A DNA stretch of 64,000 nucleotides from a virus. The notes under the pieces are model-generated. The model was not told where the DNA came from, did not search any database, and saw nothing but the letters and a program-made list of their open reading frames with translations. The stretch covers positions 1-64,000 of IMG/VR virus record IMGVR_UViG_3300012971_000018; one strand, given 5' to 3'. Both the position numbers and the translations under genes were made by a program. This document shows, one piece after another, positions 39,397 through 48,771 of the stretch (positions are counted from its first letter, which is position 1; each line of letters starts with the position of its first letter).

Positions 39397-39585
39397 GAGT
39401 ACGGTCTTCGATACCAAAACGTGGGATAAAGCAGGTTTGCACTCTCTTGCCTTGGTTTTTCCGGTTTCTTTCAAGTTGGTCTAGCTTTGCCTTGGCTTTC
39501 CTTGCCTTGGCCTAGCCCAGCGGGAGGGGAGGGCAACGGAAAGGATAGGCTATGCAAGGATAGGTACCGCGCGAGGGAAACACCT

Positions 39586-39852
39586 ATGAACCAAGATGAA
39601 ACAATACGAAAGCACTACGAGCTACAGCAGACAGCGCTAAACGAGATATCGGAGCTAATAGCGCTACAGGACGAGAAAGGCTTAAGCAGTGGAGAGCTTG
39701 TCGAAGCAATCGATTTAATTACCGGATACGCTGCACAAGTGGACCTATTCAATCCCCACACCAAGCCCGAGGACCTCCAATTCCTCTCGACGTATAACCC
39801 CAACGTCGACGTGCTAATCCAGGCCAGGGAGAAGTTCCGTGACCGAAGATGA
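39586..39852 (+). CDS. Hypothetical protein
   Basis: GAGGG RBS; first gene of rightward replication arm. Confidence 0.6.
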   Translation: MNQDETIRKHYELQQTALNEISELIALQDEKGLSSGELVEAIDLITGYAAQVDLFNPHTKPEDLQFLSTYNPNVDVLIQAREKFRDRR

Positions 39853-40099
39853 CATCGTGAAGGCCGTGTGCGCGAAGTTCCCGCATTTTGGCGGGGGCAA
39901 CGACACTGCAAGGACCCCTATCGCCGAAGCCTTTAAGGACGGGCCGCCCGTATTTGCCTTTGGGGTTAATGTTAAGGAGGTGGTCCACTTCGTTGTTGGA
40001 CAAATGTTCGAAGTTGTCCGGGAGTATGCAAATGAGCGGGATACGCACAGTCCTAAACCTGCTGCCGACGCTCGACCGGCCGGCGCTGGAGAAGGTTAA
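39839..40099 (+). CDS. Hypothetical protein
   Basis: Overlap-coupled, GTG start. Confidence 0.45.
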   Translation: MTEDDIVKAVCAKFPHFGGGNDTARTPIAEAFKDGPPVFAFGVNVKEVVHFVVGQMFEVVREYANERDTHSPKPAADARPAGAGEG

Positions 40100-40577
40100 G
40101 CAGCGCCTCGACCTCCTGCTCGGAGAGGCCGCCCCCGCCCCGCCGGTCGATGCCGTCGATAGCTGGCTTCTCGACGCGATCGAGAACCTGCTCGTGGCCC
40201 GCGGTATGCTTAAGGCGGGTACGCTGCGGCTCGTCGTGGCCGGCCCCAAGTTCGACCGGGCACGCCGAATGGCACAGCTCCAGCAGGACTTCCTAACCGA
40301 GAAGTTCCCCGTGCGGCTAACCCGGGCGCAAAAGGACGTTCTGGGATACTGGGCCGCGGTTGCCATGGCGGCTCTTATTACGGAATTTAACGCACCGGTG
40401 GCGGTGCGCACGATGCTAGTCAATCTGGATAAGGTGCCGGAGGCGATGGAGTGCTCGTTCCCTGGCTACTTGGCCTCCCAGTCGCGGTACCTGCTAATTC
40501 GGGAAAGGGAGGTAAGGAATGGACGAGCAGCTTCCGAGTTCGTTGCAGGAGAGCATCCTCGCGGTACTGGCCTTTGA
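40032..40577 (+). CDS. Hypothetical protein upstream of helicase
   Basis: GGAG RBS; FPGYL C-terminal motif. Confidence 0.55.
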   Translation: MSGIRTVLNLLPTLDRPALEKVKQRLDLLLGEAAPAPPVDAVDSWLLDAIENLLVARGMLKAGTLRLVVAGPKFDRARRMAQLQQDFLTEKFPVRLTRAQKDVLGYWAAVAMAALITEFNAPVAVRTMLVNLDKVPEAMECSFPGYLASQSRYLLIREREVRNGRAASEFVAGEHPRGTGL

Positions 40578-42069
40578 CGCGGGACCTTTCGCTGCCAAGG
40601 TGGTGAACTCGGTCGACGGCCGCGAGTACTTCGACGAGCCGTACCAGAAATTTGCCACGGCATTTCTGGACTACCGGCGCCAATATGGGAAGCCGGTAGG
40701 CCCGGCGCACCTCGACGACGTCTTCGGCTTCGAACTCCAGAGTGGCGATAGTTCCGCTCGGGTCCGCCGCCTGCTTACCGATCTTAGCACGCTGTGGGAG
40801 AGCGGCGTTAACTCGCAGTACGTCGCCGGCCGCGCGGGCGACCACACCCGGGCGCAAATCCTTAAGCAGGCCATTATGCAGGCCGGCGAAATCTATCGGA
40901 TGGGCGGCGGTGCCGACAACATCGCCGAGATCGAGGCGGTGCTCCACACCGCACTGCGCCATCGTGTCGAGACGCTCGACTCCGGCAAATTTCTTAGCGA
41001 CACGAGCTTCCAATTCCTAAAGCGTGCCTCCGCGCAATTCCGTACCGGGATCGATGTGCTGGACGACCGCGACATCGGTCCAATGGTTGGGGACATCCTG
41101 CTATACATCGCACCAAAAAACACCGGCAAGAGCTGGTTCTGTGTTCATATGGGGAAACAGGGCCTAATGCAGCACGAGAAGGTCGTGCACATCTCGTTGG
41201 AGATGTCCGAGGACGCGGTCCTGGGTCGCTATATGCAATCGCTCTTTTCGGTGGCCTGGAAGAAAGAACCCTACGATGTATCCGAGCTACTGCTCGACGC
41301 CAAAAAGAAGGCTATTGGCTGGAAGAAGGAGGACCCGAAGCCGCATCCGCAGCTTAGCTTCGACCAGCCCGACATTAAGCAGGTCTTGCGGAAGAAAATC
41401 GGCGATTGGGGCATCCGGTTTAACAACGTCGTCATAAAGCAGTTTCCCGGTGGGTGGCTAACGGTCCCCCGGCTGGAGACCTATCTCGACCACCTGGAGG
41501 CCGCCGAGAAGTTTATCCCGACGGTGCTAATTGTCGACTATCCGTACCTTATGAAACTAGATGCCAATAACCAACGGATCGATCTCGGGCGGACGATCGT
41601 GGACCTGCGGGGATTATGCACCAAGCGCGGGATGTCGGGCATCTTTCCGGCGCAGGGGCAGCGCGAGGCGATGAAAGCCAAGCGGGTGCGTTCGACGCAC
41701 GCCGCCGAAGACATTACGCAGGTCTGGACATCCGATACGGTCCTTACCTACAGCCAGACAATCGAGGGCGAGTACCCGCTCGGACTGGCCCGGCTGTATG
41801 TCGACCATGCCCGCGAGCGGCAGAAAGGATTTGAAATGGTGATTACCCAGGCGTATGCCATAGGGCAGTACTGTACATCGTCGGCGTTGCATACCGCCGA
41901 GTACAAGGAAAAGATGGACGCACAAGAGGCCACGAGTGCTACCAACAGCAGCAATCCAGCAGTTCCTAACAGCGCCGCGGGACGACCACAGGTGGATGAA
42001 GAAGCTAACCGTCGAGCAGCTAGACGCCGCGTTGGATCGAATGGTTCCACGCCCGCGTCCAGAAATTAA
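40519..42069 (+). CDS. DnaB-like replicative helicase
   Basis: Walker A APKNTGKS, HISLEM, LIVDY. Confidence 0.85.
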   Translation: MDEQLPSSLQESILAVLAFDAGPFAAKVVNSVDGREYFDEPYQKFATAFLDYRRQYGKPVGPAHLDDVFGFELQSGDSSARVRRLLTDLSTLWESGVNSQYVAGRAGDHTRAQILKQAIMQAGEIYRMGGGADNIAEIEAVLHTALRHRVETLDSGKFLSDTSFQFLKRASAQFRTGIDVLDDRDIGPMVGDILLYIAPKNTGKSWFCVHMGKQGLMQHEKVVHISLEMSEDAVLGRYMQSLFSVAWKKEPYDVSELLLDAKKKAIGWKKEDPKPHPQLSFDQPDIKQVLRKKIGDWGIRFNNVVIKQFPGGWLTVPRLETYLDHLEAAEKFIPTVLIVDYPYLMKLDANNQRIDLGRTIVDLRGLCTKRGMSGIFPAQGQREAMKAKRVRSTHAAEDITQVWTSDTVLTYSQTIEGEYPLGLARLYVDHARERQKGFEMVITQAYAIGQYCTSSALHTAEYKEKMDAQEATSATNSSNPAVPNSAAGRPQVDEEANRRAARRRVGSNGSTPASRN

Positions 42070-43522
42070 GACGCTCCGCAAGCACCAGAAGGTCTCGTTT
42101 CTGTTAGGCGTCGCCTATCCGCAGTTTGCCTTCTGGCTCGATCTCGGCACCGGCAAGACCCGGGTCGCGCTGGAGCTACTGCGCTATTGGTGGGATACGA
42201 AGCATATTACCCGGGCGCTGGTGCTAGTCAAAACGGACAAGGCATTCCGGACGTGGACGACCCAGATCGAGCGGTGGGGGATCGACCTGCCCTGCATGGA
42301 GCTGCCAAAGGGCACTTCGCAGGACAAGTGGTCCCGGTTCGACGGGTTCGGCGACGGGATTATATTGGCGGCCTATCCCGGCTTCGTCCGGATGCTAACC
42401 CGCATGGGGCAGGTTAAGCGGCGCAGGAAGTCTGTCCAAGTTCTAAAGATCGTTCCCAGTTGGGTCGAGCAGTTCTGCGAGGGCATCGGCGCCGTCGTGC
42501 TCGACGAGTCGACCGTGTGCGGGTACCAAGACAGTCGGACGACGCAGCTATGCGCGCGGCTGCGCCAGCGTGCGCAGTTCTTTTATCTGCTCGCCGGCCG
42601 GCCATTCGGCCGCGATCCGAAGCTGTTGTGGTCGCAGAACTACATCCTCGACGGCGGCCAGTCGCTCGGCGAAACGCTCGAACTGTTCTATGGCACGTTC
42701 TACACCAAGAAGCCCCATCGTTGGAGCAACAACCCGTACCACCACGAGTACGTGTTTAAGCAGCGCATGAAGCCGCAGCTTATGCAGATGGCGCAACACC
42801 GCTCGATCTCCTACGCCGAGGAGGAGTGCGGCGACGTCCCGCAGTTCAACTCGATTATCGAGGAGGTCGCGCTCCCGGTCGAGGCCCGCGGTTACTACGA
42901 GCGCACGGTCCAGCAGATTATTGCCGCGCGCGGAAACCTTAGCGCCATGGAGAACGCCTTCGTTCGGATGCGCCAGCTATCGAGTGGCTTCCTGGCCATG
43001 CGCAAGGACGGTGGCGGGCGGGTCGAGATCGCATTCGACGAGAACCCCAAGCTGGAGCTGCAACTGGAGCTGCTCGACAGCATTAGCCCGGGGCACAAGG
43101 CGATCGTGTTTTACGATTTTACATGGAGCGGCCGTGCGCTGTTCTCGAAGCTAAGGGAGATCGACCGCGAGGGCATCTGGCTGTGGGCTGGGACCAAGGA
43201 CCCGGCGGGCGACCAGGAGCGGTTTGCTAGCGACCCGAGGTGCACCGTTGCGATATTGAACAGTAAAGTTGGGGCGTACTCGATCGACGGTTTGCAGGAC
43301 GTGGCGAACTACTGCTTTTTCTACGAGAGCCCGGTGCCGGTAATCGACCGCGAGCAGGCCGAGAAGCGGCTGCGGCGCACGGGCCAGAAGCTGCGCGTAT
43401 TTCAATATGACTTGGTGGTCCGCGGCACGATGGACCGGCGTATTCTGGAGTTCCACAAGGAGGGGGACGACCTCCTGGCAGCGCTTCGCGCCAACCCAAA
43501 AGAATTGTTGCAAGGGCTGTAA
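41936..43522 (+). CDS. SNF2-like superfamily 2 helicase
   Basis: HQ, DLGTGKT, LDES, RQLSSG, QA..R..R.GQ. Confidence 0.85.
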   Translation: MLPTAAIQQFLTAPRDDHRWMKKLTVEQLDAALDRMVPRPRPEIKTLRKHQKVSFLLGVAYPQFAFWLDLGTGKTRVALELLRYWWDTKHITRALVLVKTDKAFRTWTTQIERWGIDLPCMELPKGTSQDKWSRFDGFGDGIILAAYPGFVRMLTRMGQVKRRRKSVQVLKIVPSWVEQFCEGIGAVVLDESTVCGYQDSRTTQLCARLRQRAQFFYLLAGRPFGRDPKLLWSQNYILDGGQSLGETLELFYGTFYTKKPHRWSNNPYHHEYVFKQRMKPQLMQMAQHRSISYAEEECGDVPQFNSIIEEVALPVEARGYYERTVQQIIAARGNLSAMENAFVRMRQLSSGFLAMRKDGGGRVEIAFDENPKLELQLELLDSISPGHKAIVFYDFTWSGRALFSKLREIDREGIWLWAGTKDPAGDQERFASDPRCTVAILNSKVGAYSIDGLQDVANYCFFYESPVPVIDREQAEKRLRRTGQKLRVFQYDLVVRGTMDRRILEFHKEGDDLLAALRANPKELLQGL

Positions 43523-43636
43523 AACCCGCTTGCCTTTTCCAGCGGGGGGTTTACCTTAGCCTGCACAGGTTGCGAGTTTTCTCTTCAACTAACACCACCC
43601 GGTGCGCGCCGCGAGGCGCGTAGCAGAGCTTCTACC

Positions 43637-44662
43637 GTGTTCGACTGGCCCCGCTTCCTAAGAGCGCGCGGGATTGCCTTTGTCACGCGGGGACCCAACG
43701 TCGGCGCAGGGCACGTCGGCGTTCGCTGTCCTTGGTGCGGCGCGGCGGACCCGTCCCAGCACCTCTCGATCTCCCTGCGCGGGAGTTCCTACCATTGTTG
43801 GCGGAACTCGCGGGCGCATTCGGGGTCCAGCCGGGCGTGGCTAATCCAGGCGCTGCTGCGCTGCTCCCCCGAGGAGGCCCGCCAGATCGCCGGGGAGGAT
43901 GCGGTTACCGCTACCCCGAGGGATGCGGACCTCTCGGCCCTTCTTGCAAGCCTCCTGGCCGGCCCTAGGGAGCCCGTACGCGCGATTTCCCTCGAATTAG
44001 GTCCCGAGCTACGGCCGCTCCGGCAAAACGTCGGGGTGGCCTCTATTTTCTGGGGCTACCTGCTCGACCGGGGCTTCGAGGAGCGGGACCTGCGGTGGGT
44101 TGCGGAGGCGTATGACCTCCGGTTTGCGATAAAGGGGGTCGACCGTTATCGGGTCGTTATCCCGGTTTATGGCGCCGACGGCCGGCTCGCGACGTGGACC
44201 GGGCGCTCGGTGCTCGTGGACGAGCGGCTACGCTATCGGACGCTGCCGATGCGTCCCCCGTTCCCCGGCTATTCCGGCCCGCTCGCGCGGCTTCCCACGA
44301 CGGACCTGCTCCTGGGGATGCAGGTTCTCCAGCGCGTTGCCAATCCCGAGACATTAGTCGTCGCCGAAGGACCGCTCGACGCGCTTAAGGTTTCCGCGCT
44401 CGGTCGGACCCGCGGCATCTACGGGACATGCCTGTTTGGACTTAACATGAGCGAGGCGCAAGCCTTGCAGATCGAACGGATAGCGACGAGGTTCCGGCGC
44501 GTCGTTGTCCTGCTGGACCCGGATGCACAGACGCTAAATTTGCGAGTGGCGTCGCGTACCATGTGCCCGATGTCCGTTGGCAAACTGCCGGATGGCGTCG
44601 AGGACCCGGGAGCACTAACGCGGAGGAGCTTCGACAAGTTTGTGGAGCTAAGTTATGGGTAA
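43637..44662 (+). CDS. DNA primase (zinc finger + TOPRIM)
   Basis: CPWC...YHCW, RVVIP, VAEGPLDAL, LDPDA, DPG. Confidence 0.85.
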   Translation: MFDWPRFLRARGIAFVTRGPNVGAGHVGVRCPWCGAADPSQHLSISLRGSSYHCWRNSRAHSGSSRAWLIQALLRCSPEEARQIAGEDAVTATPRDADLSALLASLLAGPREPVRAISLELGPELRPLRQNVGVASIFWGYLLDRGFEERDLRWVAEAYDLRFAIKGVDRYRVVIPVYGADGRLATWTGRSVLVDERLRYRTLPMRPPFPGYSGPLARLPTTDLLLGMQVLQRVANPETLVVAEGPLDALKVSALGRTRGIYGTCLFGLNMSEAQALQIERIATRFRRVVVLLDPDAQTLNLRVASRTMCPMSVGKLPDGVEDPGALTRRSFDKFVELSYG

Positions 44663-45254
44663 TGAGGCACAGGGAAAGTATCTGGACGATGCAGTGCGGG
44701 GCTACATCGTAAACTTCGCCCGCAAGCATTTCTGGCGGGTGTCGTCGTGGTACGAGTTCGACGATCTTGTTCAGGATGGCTACCTGGTCTACGCGAAGTG
44801 CCGCAAGGGGTTTACCCCGGGCGACGCGCCGGAGACCGAGCACCAACGGATGTTCATGGCCTACTTTAAGGGGGCGCTGCAAAACCACATAACCGACTTG
44901 CAGCAGGACCCCCGCTCGCAGCGCATCGAGGTCGCGGTCGCCGATCTTGCCGAGGGCACCAGCCTCGACGGCGAGCAGGACCTCGAAGAGGCGGTGGCCA
45001 CGATTATCGCCCGGGCACCGTCGGAGATCGTCGACCTGCTTAAGCGCATCTTCGTCGATGGGGCGACCGAGGTGCCTTTTCTGGTACGGACGAGGATGGT
45101 GAAACAGCACTTGCCGGGGGCCGCCGTAGCGCGTATAACGCGCTCGCGTTGTCCTATTCGGGAGACCAATATCCAGCGGATCGACCGCTGTCTCGGAGCA
45201 GGCTCTGCGGCTAAGTTGCGCCAGTTTCTTAATGAGAGTGCCGGTTTAGTATGA
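44655..45254 (+). CDS. Sigma-factor-like protein
   Basis: FDDLVQDG...Y and F.AYF....N...D resemble sigma region 2. Confidence 0.6.
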   Translation: MGNEAQGKYLDDAVRGYIVNFARKHFWRVSSWYEFDDLVQDGYLVYAKCRKGFTPGDAPETEHQRMFMAYFKGALQNHITDLQQDPRSQRIEVAVADLAEGTSLDGEQDLEEAVATIIARAPSEIVDLLKRIFVDGATEVPFLVRTRMVKQHLPGAAVARITRSRCPIRETNIQRIDRCLGAGSAAKLRQFLNESAGLV

Positions 45255-45287
45255 TTTAACGCAACCCCCCGCAGAAGGAACGATCCC

Positions 45288-46043
45288 ATGCCCGAGACAA
45301 TGGAATTTAAGGATGGCATCTTTACCGCGACCACCCTCGACCCGAACGGCGAGACCGTGGTTTCGACGGCGTCCGCGGAGGATGTCCAGAAGGTGCTTAT
45401 CGAAGCGGCCAAGGTTAAGCGCAAGCCCGGCGAGACAGCGGAAGAGTTTACGACCCGACTGGTCCTAAAGCTTAACAGGATGGTGGATGAGTCGAAGGAC
45501 CTCTGGGCCAGTCTCGGCACGGTGGCACAGTTCTGGATGAACGAGAATGTTGGTCCGCTGGACGATCCGCCGCAGCCGGTTCTGTATTTGTTGAGTGTCG
45601 GGGAGGCCGAGGCCGAGCCCGAGCCCGAAGTGCAGGAGGAGACAGTGGAAGCATCTACCCACACGAATGGCGTAAAGCGCGCGAAGCCGGGCAGACCCAA
45701 GGCCGCCGCCAAGAAGGTACAGCCGGTTGTCCAGGCCGCCAAGAAGGCCAAGAAGGCCGCGCCGCCCAAAGCCAAGGCCAAGTCGATTAAGGCCAAGCTG
45801 GGCAGGCCGGCCAAGGTCGCCACCAAGAAGGCGGTGGATAACCGTGGCCGCGCGGCGACTTACGGTCTCGACCAGAAGATAAAGATGCTGGTTAAGAAGA
45901 ACCCGCACCGGGAGGGCTCCGGCCGCTACAAGCGGTGGCCGAAGTACCGGGATGGGATGACGGTCGGGGAGGCGCTAAAGGCCGGCTTTATCCGCCAGAA
46001 CCTGTACTGGTCGATCCAAGACGGCCACATCCAGATCAAATAA
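45288..46043 (+). CDS. Lys/Ala-rich histone-like DNA-binding protein
   Basis: Acidic linker, KAAAKK/KAKAK tract, C-terminal KKNP.R.GS..Y......GMTV.E domain. Confidence 0.6.
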   Translation: MPETMEFKDGIFTATTLDPNGETVVSTASAEDVQKVLIEAAKVKRKPGETAEEFTTRLVLKLNRMVDESKDLWASLGTVAQFWMNENVGPLDDPPQPVLYLLSVGEAEAEPEPEVQEETVEASTHTNGVKRAKPGRPKAAAKKVQPVVQAAKKAKKAAPPKAKAKSIKAKLGRPAKVATKKAVDNRGRAATYGLDQKIKMLVKKNPHREGSGRYKRWPKYRDGMTVGEALKAGFIRQNLYWSIQDGHIQIK

Positions 46044-46044
46044 C

Positions 46045-46842
46045 GTGGTCGTCGAGGGAACCCCGCTAGAGGACTATCTCGTCGAGTACGGTTTGGTTGT
46101 GAAGCGGGAGGACCTGTGCTGCCCCGACGGGCCACGGTTCTCGAAGGCGCGCGGCGTCTACGCACACATTAAGAAGCAGCCGACAAAGTCGATCGCCGTG
46201 CTCGACACCCTCCATTCGCGTGGAGGGTGGGCGGTCGCGCAGGCTTGTGCGCTGCTCGGCAAGCGCTGCCAAGTCTTCTTTCCGGTTCGGAAGTATGCCG
46301 ACGCCGTCCCTGGCCTGTACCAGCGCGCCGCGGCGAAGTTCGGTGCGGAGCTATGCCCTGTTCCGGCCGTACGCTCGGCGATCCTCTATTCGCAGGTACG
46401 GAAGACGCTCGGGGCCGACGTTTACCTAATGCCCAATGCGCTTAAGCTCGACGAGAGCATTTCCGAGACGGCAAGCGAAGTGCTGCGGACGAAGCTCCCG
46501 CCGGGGATATCCACCATGCTGGTCTCGGTGTCGTCGGGGACGATCGCGGCGGGGGTTATCTGTGGGCTGCGATCGGCGGGCTGGCGTGGGAACATACTTA
46601 TTCATTTAGGCTACTCCCGTTCGAAGGCGGGGTTGCTAAACTATATTCGGTCTCGACAGCCGTGGGGCGGCTATCCGCCGACAACAGCGATCGACGAGGG
46701 GTATGCTTATTCGGACGTAGCCCGGTCCGGCCAGACGCCACCGTTCCCGTGCGACCAGTACTATGATTTGAAGGCGTTTCGGTGGTGGGATGCGGTGGGC
46801 CGGGAGCGCTACAAGAGGGCCATATTCTGGAATATTGGCTAA
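46045..46842 (+). CDS. PLP-dependent enzyme (fold type II), T-hypermodification decarboxylase-like
   Basis: VKREDL, SKARG (PLP Lys), SVSSGTIAAG, YYDLKA, FWNIG; cluster context. Confidence 0.8.
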   Translation: MVVEGTPLEDYLVEYGLVVKREDLCCPDGPRFSKARGVYAHIKKQPTKSIAVLDTLHSRGGWAVAQACALLGKRCQVFFPVRKYADAVPGLYQRAAAKFGAELCPVPAVRSAILYSQVRKTLGADVYLMPNALKLDESISETASEVLRTKLPPGISTMLVSVSSGTIAAGVICGLRSAGWRGNILIHLGYSRSKAGLLNYIRSRQPWGGYPPTTAIDEGYAYSDVARSGQTPPFPCDQYYDLKAFRWWDAVGRERYKRAIFWNIG

Positions 46843-46843
46843 T

Positions 46844-47758
46844 ATGGCAACCAAGCATAAATATTCTTGTACTGATACTCATTGGACCTACGGCGCCGAG
46901 TTCGAGCTGGACGACTGGCCGCGAAACGAGCCGTTGCCGGATGGGATGCACATCGATTACGACTGGTCGCTGGTAAATTCCAACGGCGTGGCGGTCGACG
47001 GACCGGGCGAGCTGTACCATCTGGGCGGCGAAATCCTGGCCCGTCCGTCCAATACGGTTAGCGGGGTCGCCGACCAGCTTGCGACGATTATGCACAAGTG
47101 GCCGCAGATTACGATTAACCACCGGACCGGGGTCCACATTCATATTAGGGTGCCCGGGCTGCGCGACGACCTGGAGAAGCTAAAAACGCTCCAGCGCAAT
47201 ATCCACGCCTGGATGCCGATACTGCTCCCGCTGGTCGAGCCGATCCCGCTTCCCCGGCCGGGGTGCGGCCCGGTGTGGAAGGGGGAGATTTGGTGCTACA
47301 AGAGGTGGAAGAAGCAGCACCAATATCTGCTGGAACCGTGGCGGGTAGCGCGCCAGATGGCGGCGCGAACCCCGCGGGAATTCTTCGAGGCCGAGGCGCT
47401 CCACGTTCCGTCCGGGCGGGTGCCCTGGGCGACCCGCCCGCGAGCTTGCGTAAACCTCCGCCAACTCCTGCAAACCGATACGATCGAGTTCCGGCACTTC
47501 CCGGGCAGTACGTCTCCTCACATTGTGAAGAACTGGGGGCTGTGGTGCCAGTTATTTTTGGAGCTTGCTTTGGAGCTTGTTCTGGGCGAGGACATTCCGT
47601 ATGATTTGACGGAATTCCTAAAAGGCTGGCAGACGCCGAAGTTCCCTCCGTACGACCATTGGTTGGAGACCGGTTATCGGTTTACCTCGCGGCGCTACCA
47701 TTCGAAGGACGAGGTCCGGGCGAACATAAAGACGTGGTTGGGAAGGAAGCGACCATGA
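46844..47758 (+). CDS. Putative amidoligase in DNA-modification cluster
   Basis: TYGAEFE, GGE, TGVHIHI, VNL, TIEFRHF.G. Confidence 0.75.
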   Translation: MATKHKYSCTDTHWTYGAEFELDDWPRNEPLPDGMHIDYDWSLVNSNGVAVDGPGELYHLGGEILARPSNTVSGVADQLATIMHKWPQITINHRTGVHIHIRVPGLRDDLEKLKTLQRNIHAWMPILLPLVEPIPLPRPGCGPVWKGEIWCYKRWKKQHQYLLEPWRVARQMAARTPREFFEAEALHVPSGRVPWATRPRACVNLRQLLQTDTIEFRHFPGSTSPHIVKNWGLWCQLFLELALELVLGEDIPYDLTEFLKGWQTPKFPPYDHWLETGYRFTSRRYHSKDEVRANIKTWLGRKRP

Positions 47759-48405
47759 AGCGGTTGGCGATCGTTACCGGGGCGGCTGGGGGCATTGGCA
47801 AGGCCGTTTGCGATAAGTTCCGGCAAGATGGTTGGGATGTCGTTGGCGTCGATATCGAGACCGACTGCGGGATTGGGAGATACGATGTGTCCGATCCGGG
47901 TGCAGTGCGCGAGCTTTTCCAAAAGATTAAAGGGGGCCGGAGCGAGAGGAAGGCGTTGGTAAACTGTGCGGGAGCGATCGAGTTCAATTCGATCCCCGAC
48001 ACTACTCTCCAAGACTGGAACCTTATGCTCCAGCATAATCTAACGACGGCGTTCGTTATGACCCGCGAGTTTGCCAAGTTCGGGTTGGGGACGATTGTAA
48101 ATGTTAGCTCGGTTAACGCGACCCTTTCGAGCGAGCACCGGGTAGGCTATGCGGCGGCGAAGGGCGGCATCGAGGCGTTTACCCGCATTTCGGCAACCCA
48201 GCTCGGCCCTAATATCCGGGTTAATTGCGTGGCGCTGGGGCCGATCCAGACCCGACAGGCAAACGGCCTGTCGCGACGGAATGTGCTGGGCCGGATCGGC
48301 TTGCCGGTCGAGGCGGCGGACCCGATCGTGTGGCTCTGTGGCGATGGAGCGTCGTACATTACCGGAGCAACGCTGGCAGTGGATGGGGGCTACGGGCTTA
48401 TTTAG
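47755..48405 (+). CDS. Short-chain dehydrogenase/reductase
   Basis: TGAAGGIG, VNCAG, VNVSS, YAAAK, IRVN, VDGG. Confidence 0.95.
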   Translation: MKRLAIVTGAAGGIGKAVCDKFRQDGWDVVGVDIETDCGIGRYDVSDPGAVRELFQKIKGGRSERKALVNCAGAIEFNSIPDTTLQDWNLMLQHNLTTAFVMTREFAKFGLGTIVNVSSVNATLSSEHRVGYAAAKGGIEAFTRISATQLGPNIRVNCVALGPIQTRQANGLSRRNVLGRIGLPVEAADPIVWLCGDGASYITGATLAVDGGYGLI

Positions 48406-48414
48406 GAGGGCCGA

Positions 48415-48771
48415 ATGGTGGTGTCTGCTCGGTGGGCAAATCGAGAGGATGCTCAACTAGATGGATACGGTATATTCTGGTGCGATGGGAAATCGCATCG
48501 TGCCCATCGTTGGATTTTTGAGAGGTGTGTTCGTAAGCTTAAGCCTTATGAGCAGGTTCTACATAAATTCGATAACACATGCTGCGTTAATTTAGACTGT
48601 TTGTATGTGGGAACCCACGCGGATAACATGCGGGACCTTCGCGAGCGGGGTAATGCTAAGGGCATTCCAAAGAGTGAGGAATGGAAGCGAAAAGCTCGTG
48701 CTGTCCCACAAGAAGTCCGCCGTCGTGCGGCTTTATTGGCTTGGAGACGTCGCCATGCAAAGCGAACTTGA
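48415..48771 (+). CDS. Free-standing HNH homing endonuclease, possibly degenerate
   Basis: GYG.F, RAHR, VLH..DN..CVN...L.VGT..DN..D; Cys where the second His is expected. Confidence 0.75.
   Translation: MVVSARWANREDAQLDGYGIFWCDGKSHRAHRWIFERCVRKLKPYEQVLHKFDNTCCVNLDCLYVGTHADNMRDLRERGNAKGIPKSEEWKRKARAVPQEVRRRAALLAWRRRHAKRT

Noticed and set aside
37883-39474. ORFs listed in the divergent intergenic region
   Set aside because: Pro/Arg/Gly-rich shadow translations without RBS or motifs, overlapping promoters and hairpins.
44861-45826. Long antisense ORFs such as 44861-45826, 52068-52991, 55877-56689 and 22584-23288
   Set aside because: Shadow frames opposite well-supported genes, expected at high GC and inflated by the loss of TGA/TCA; no motifs.
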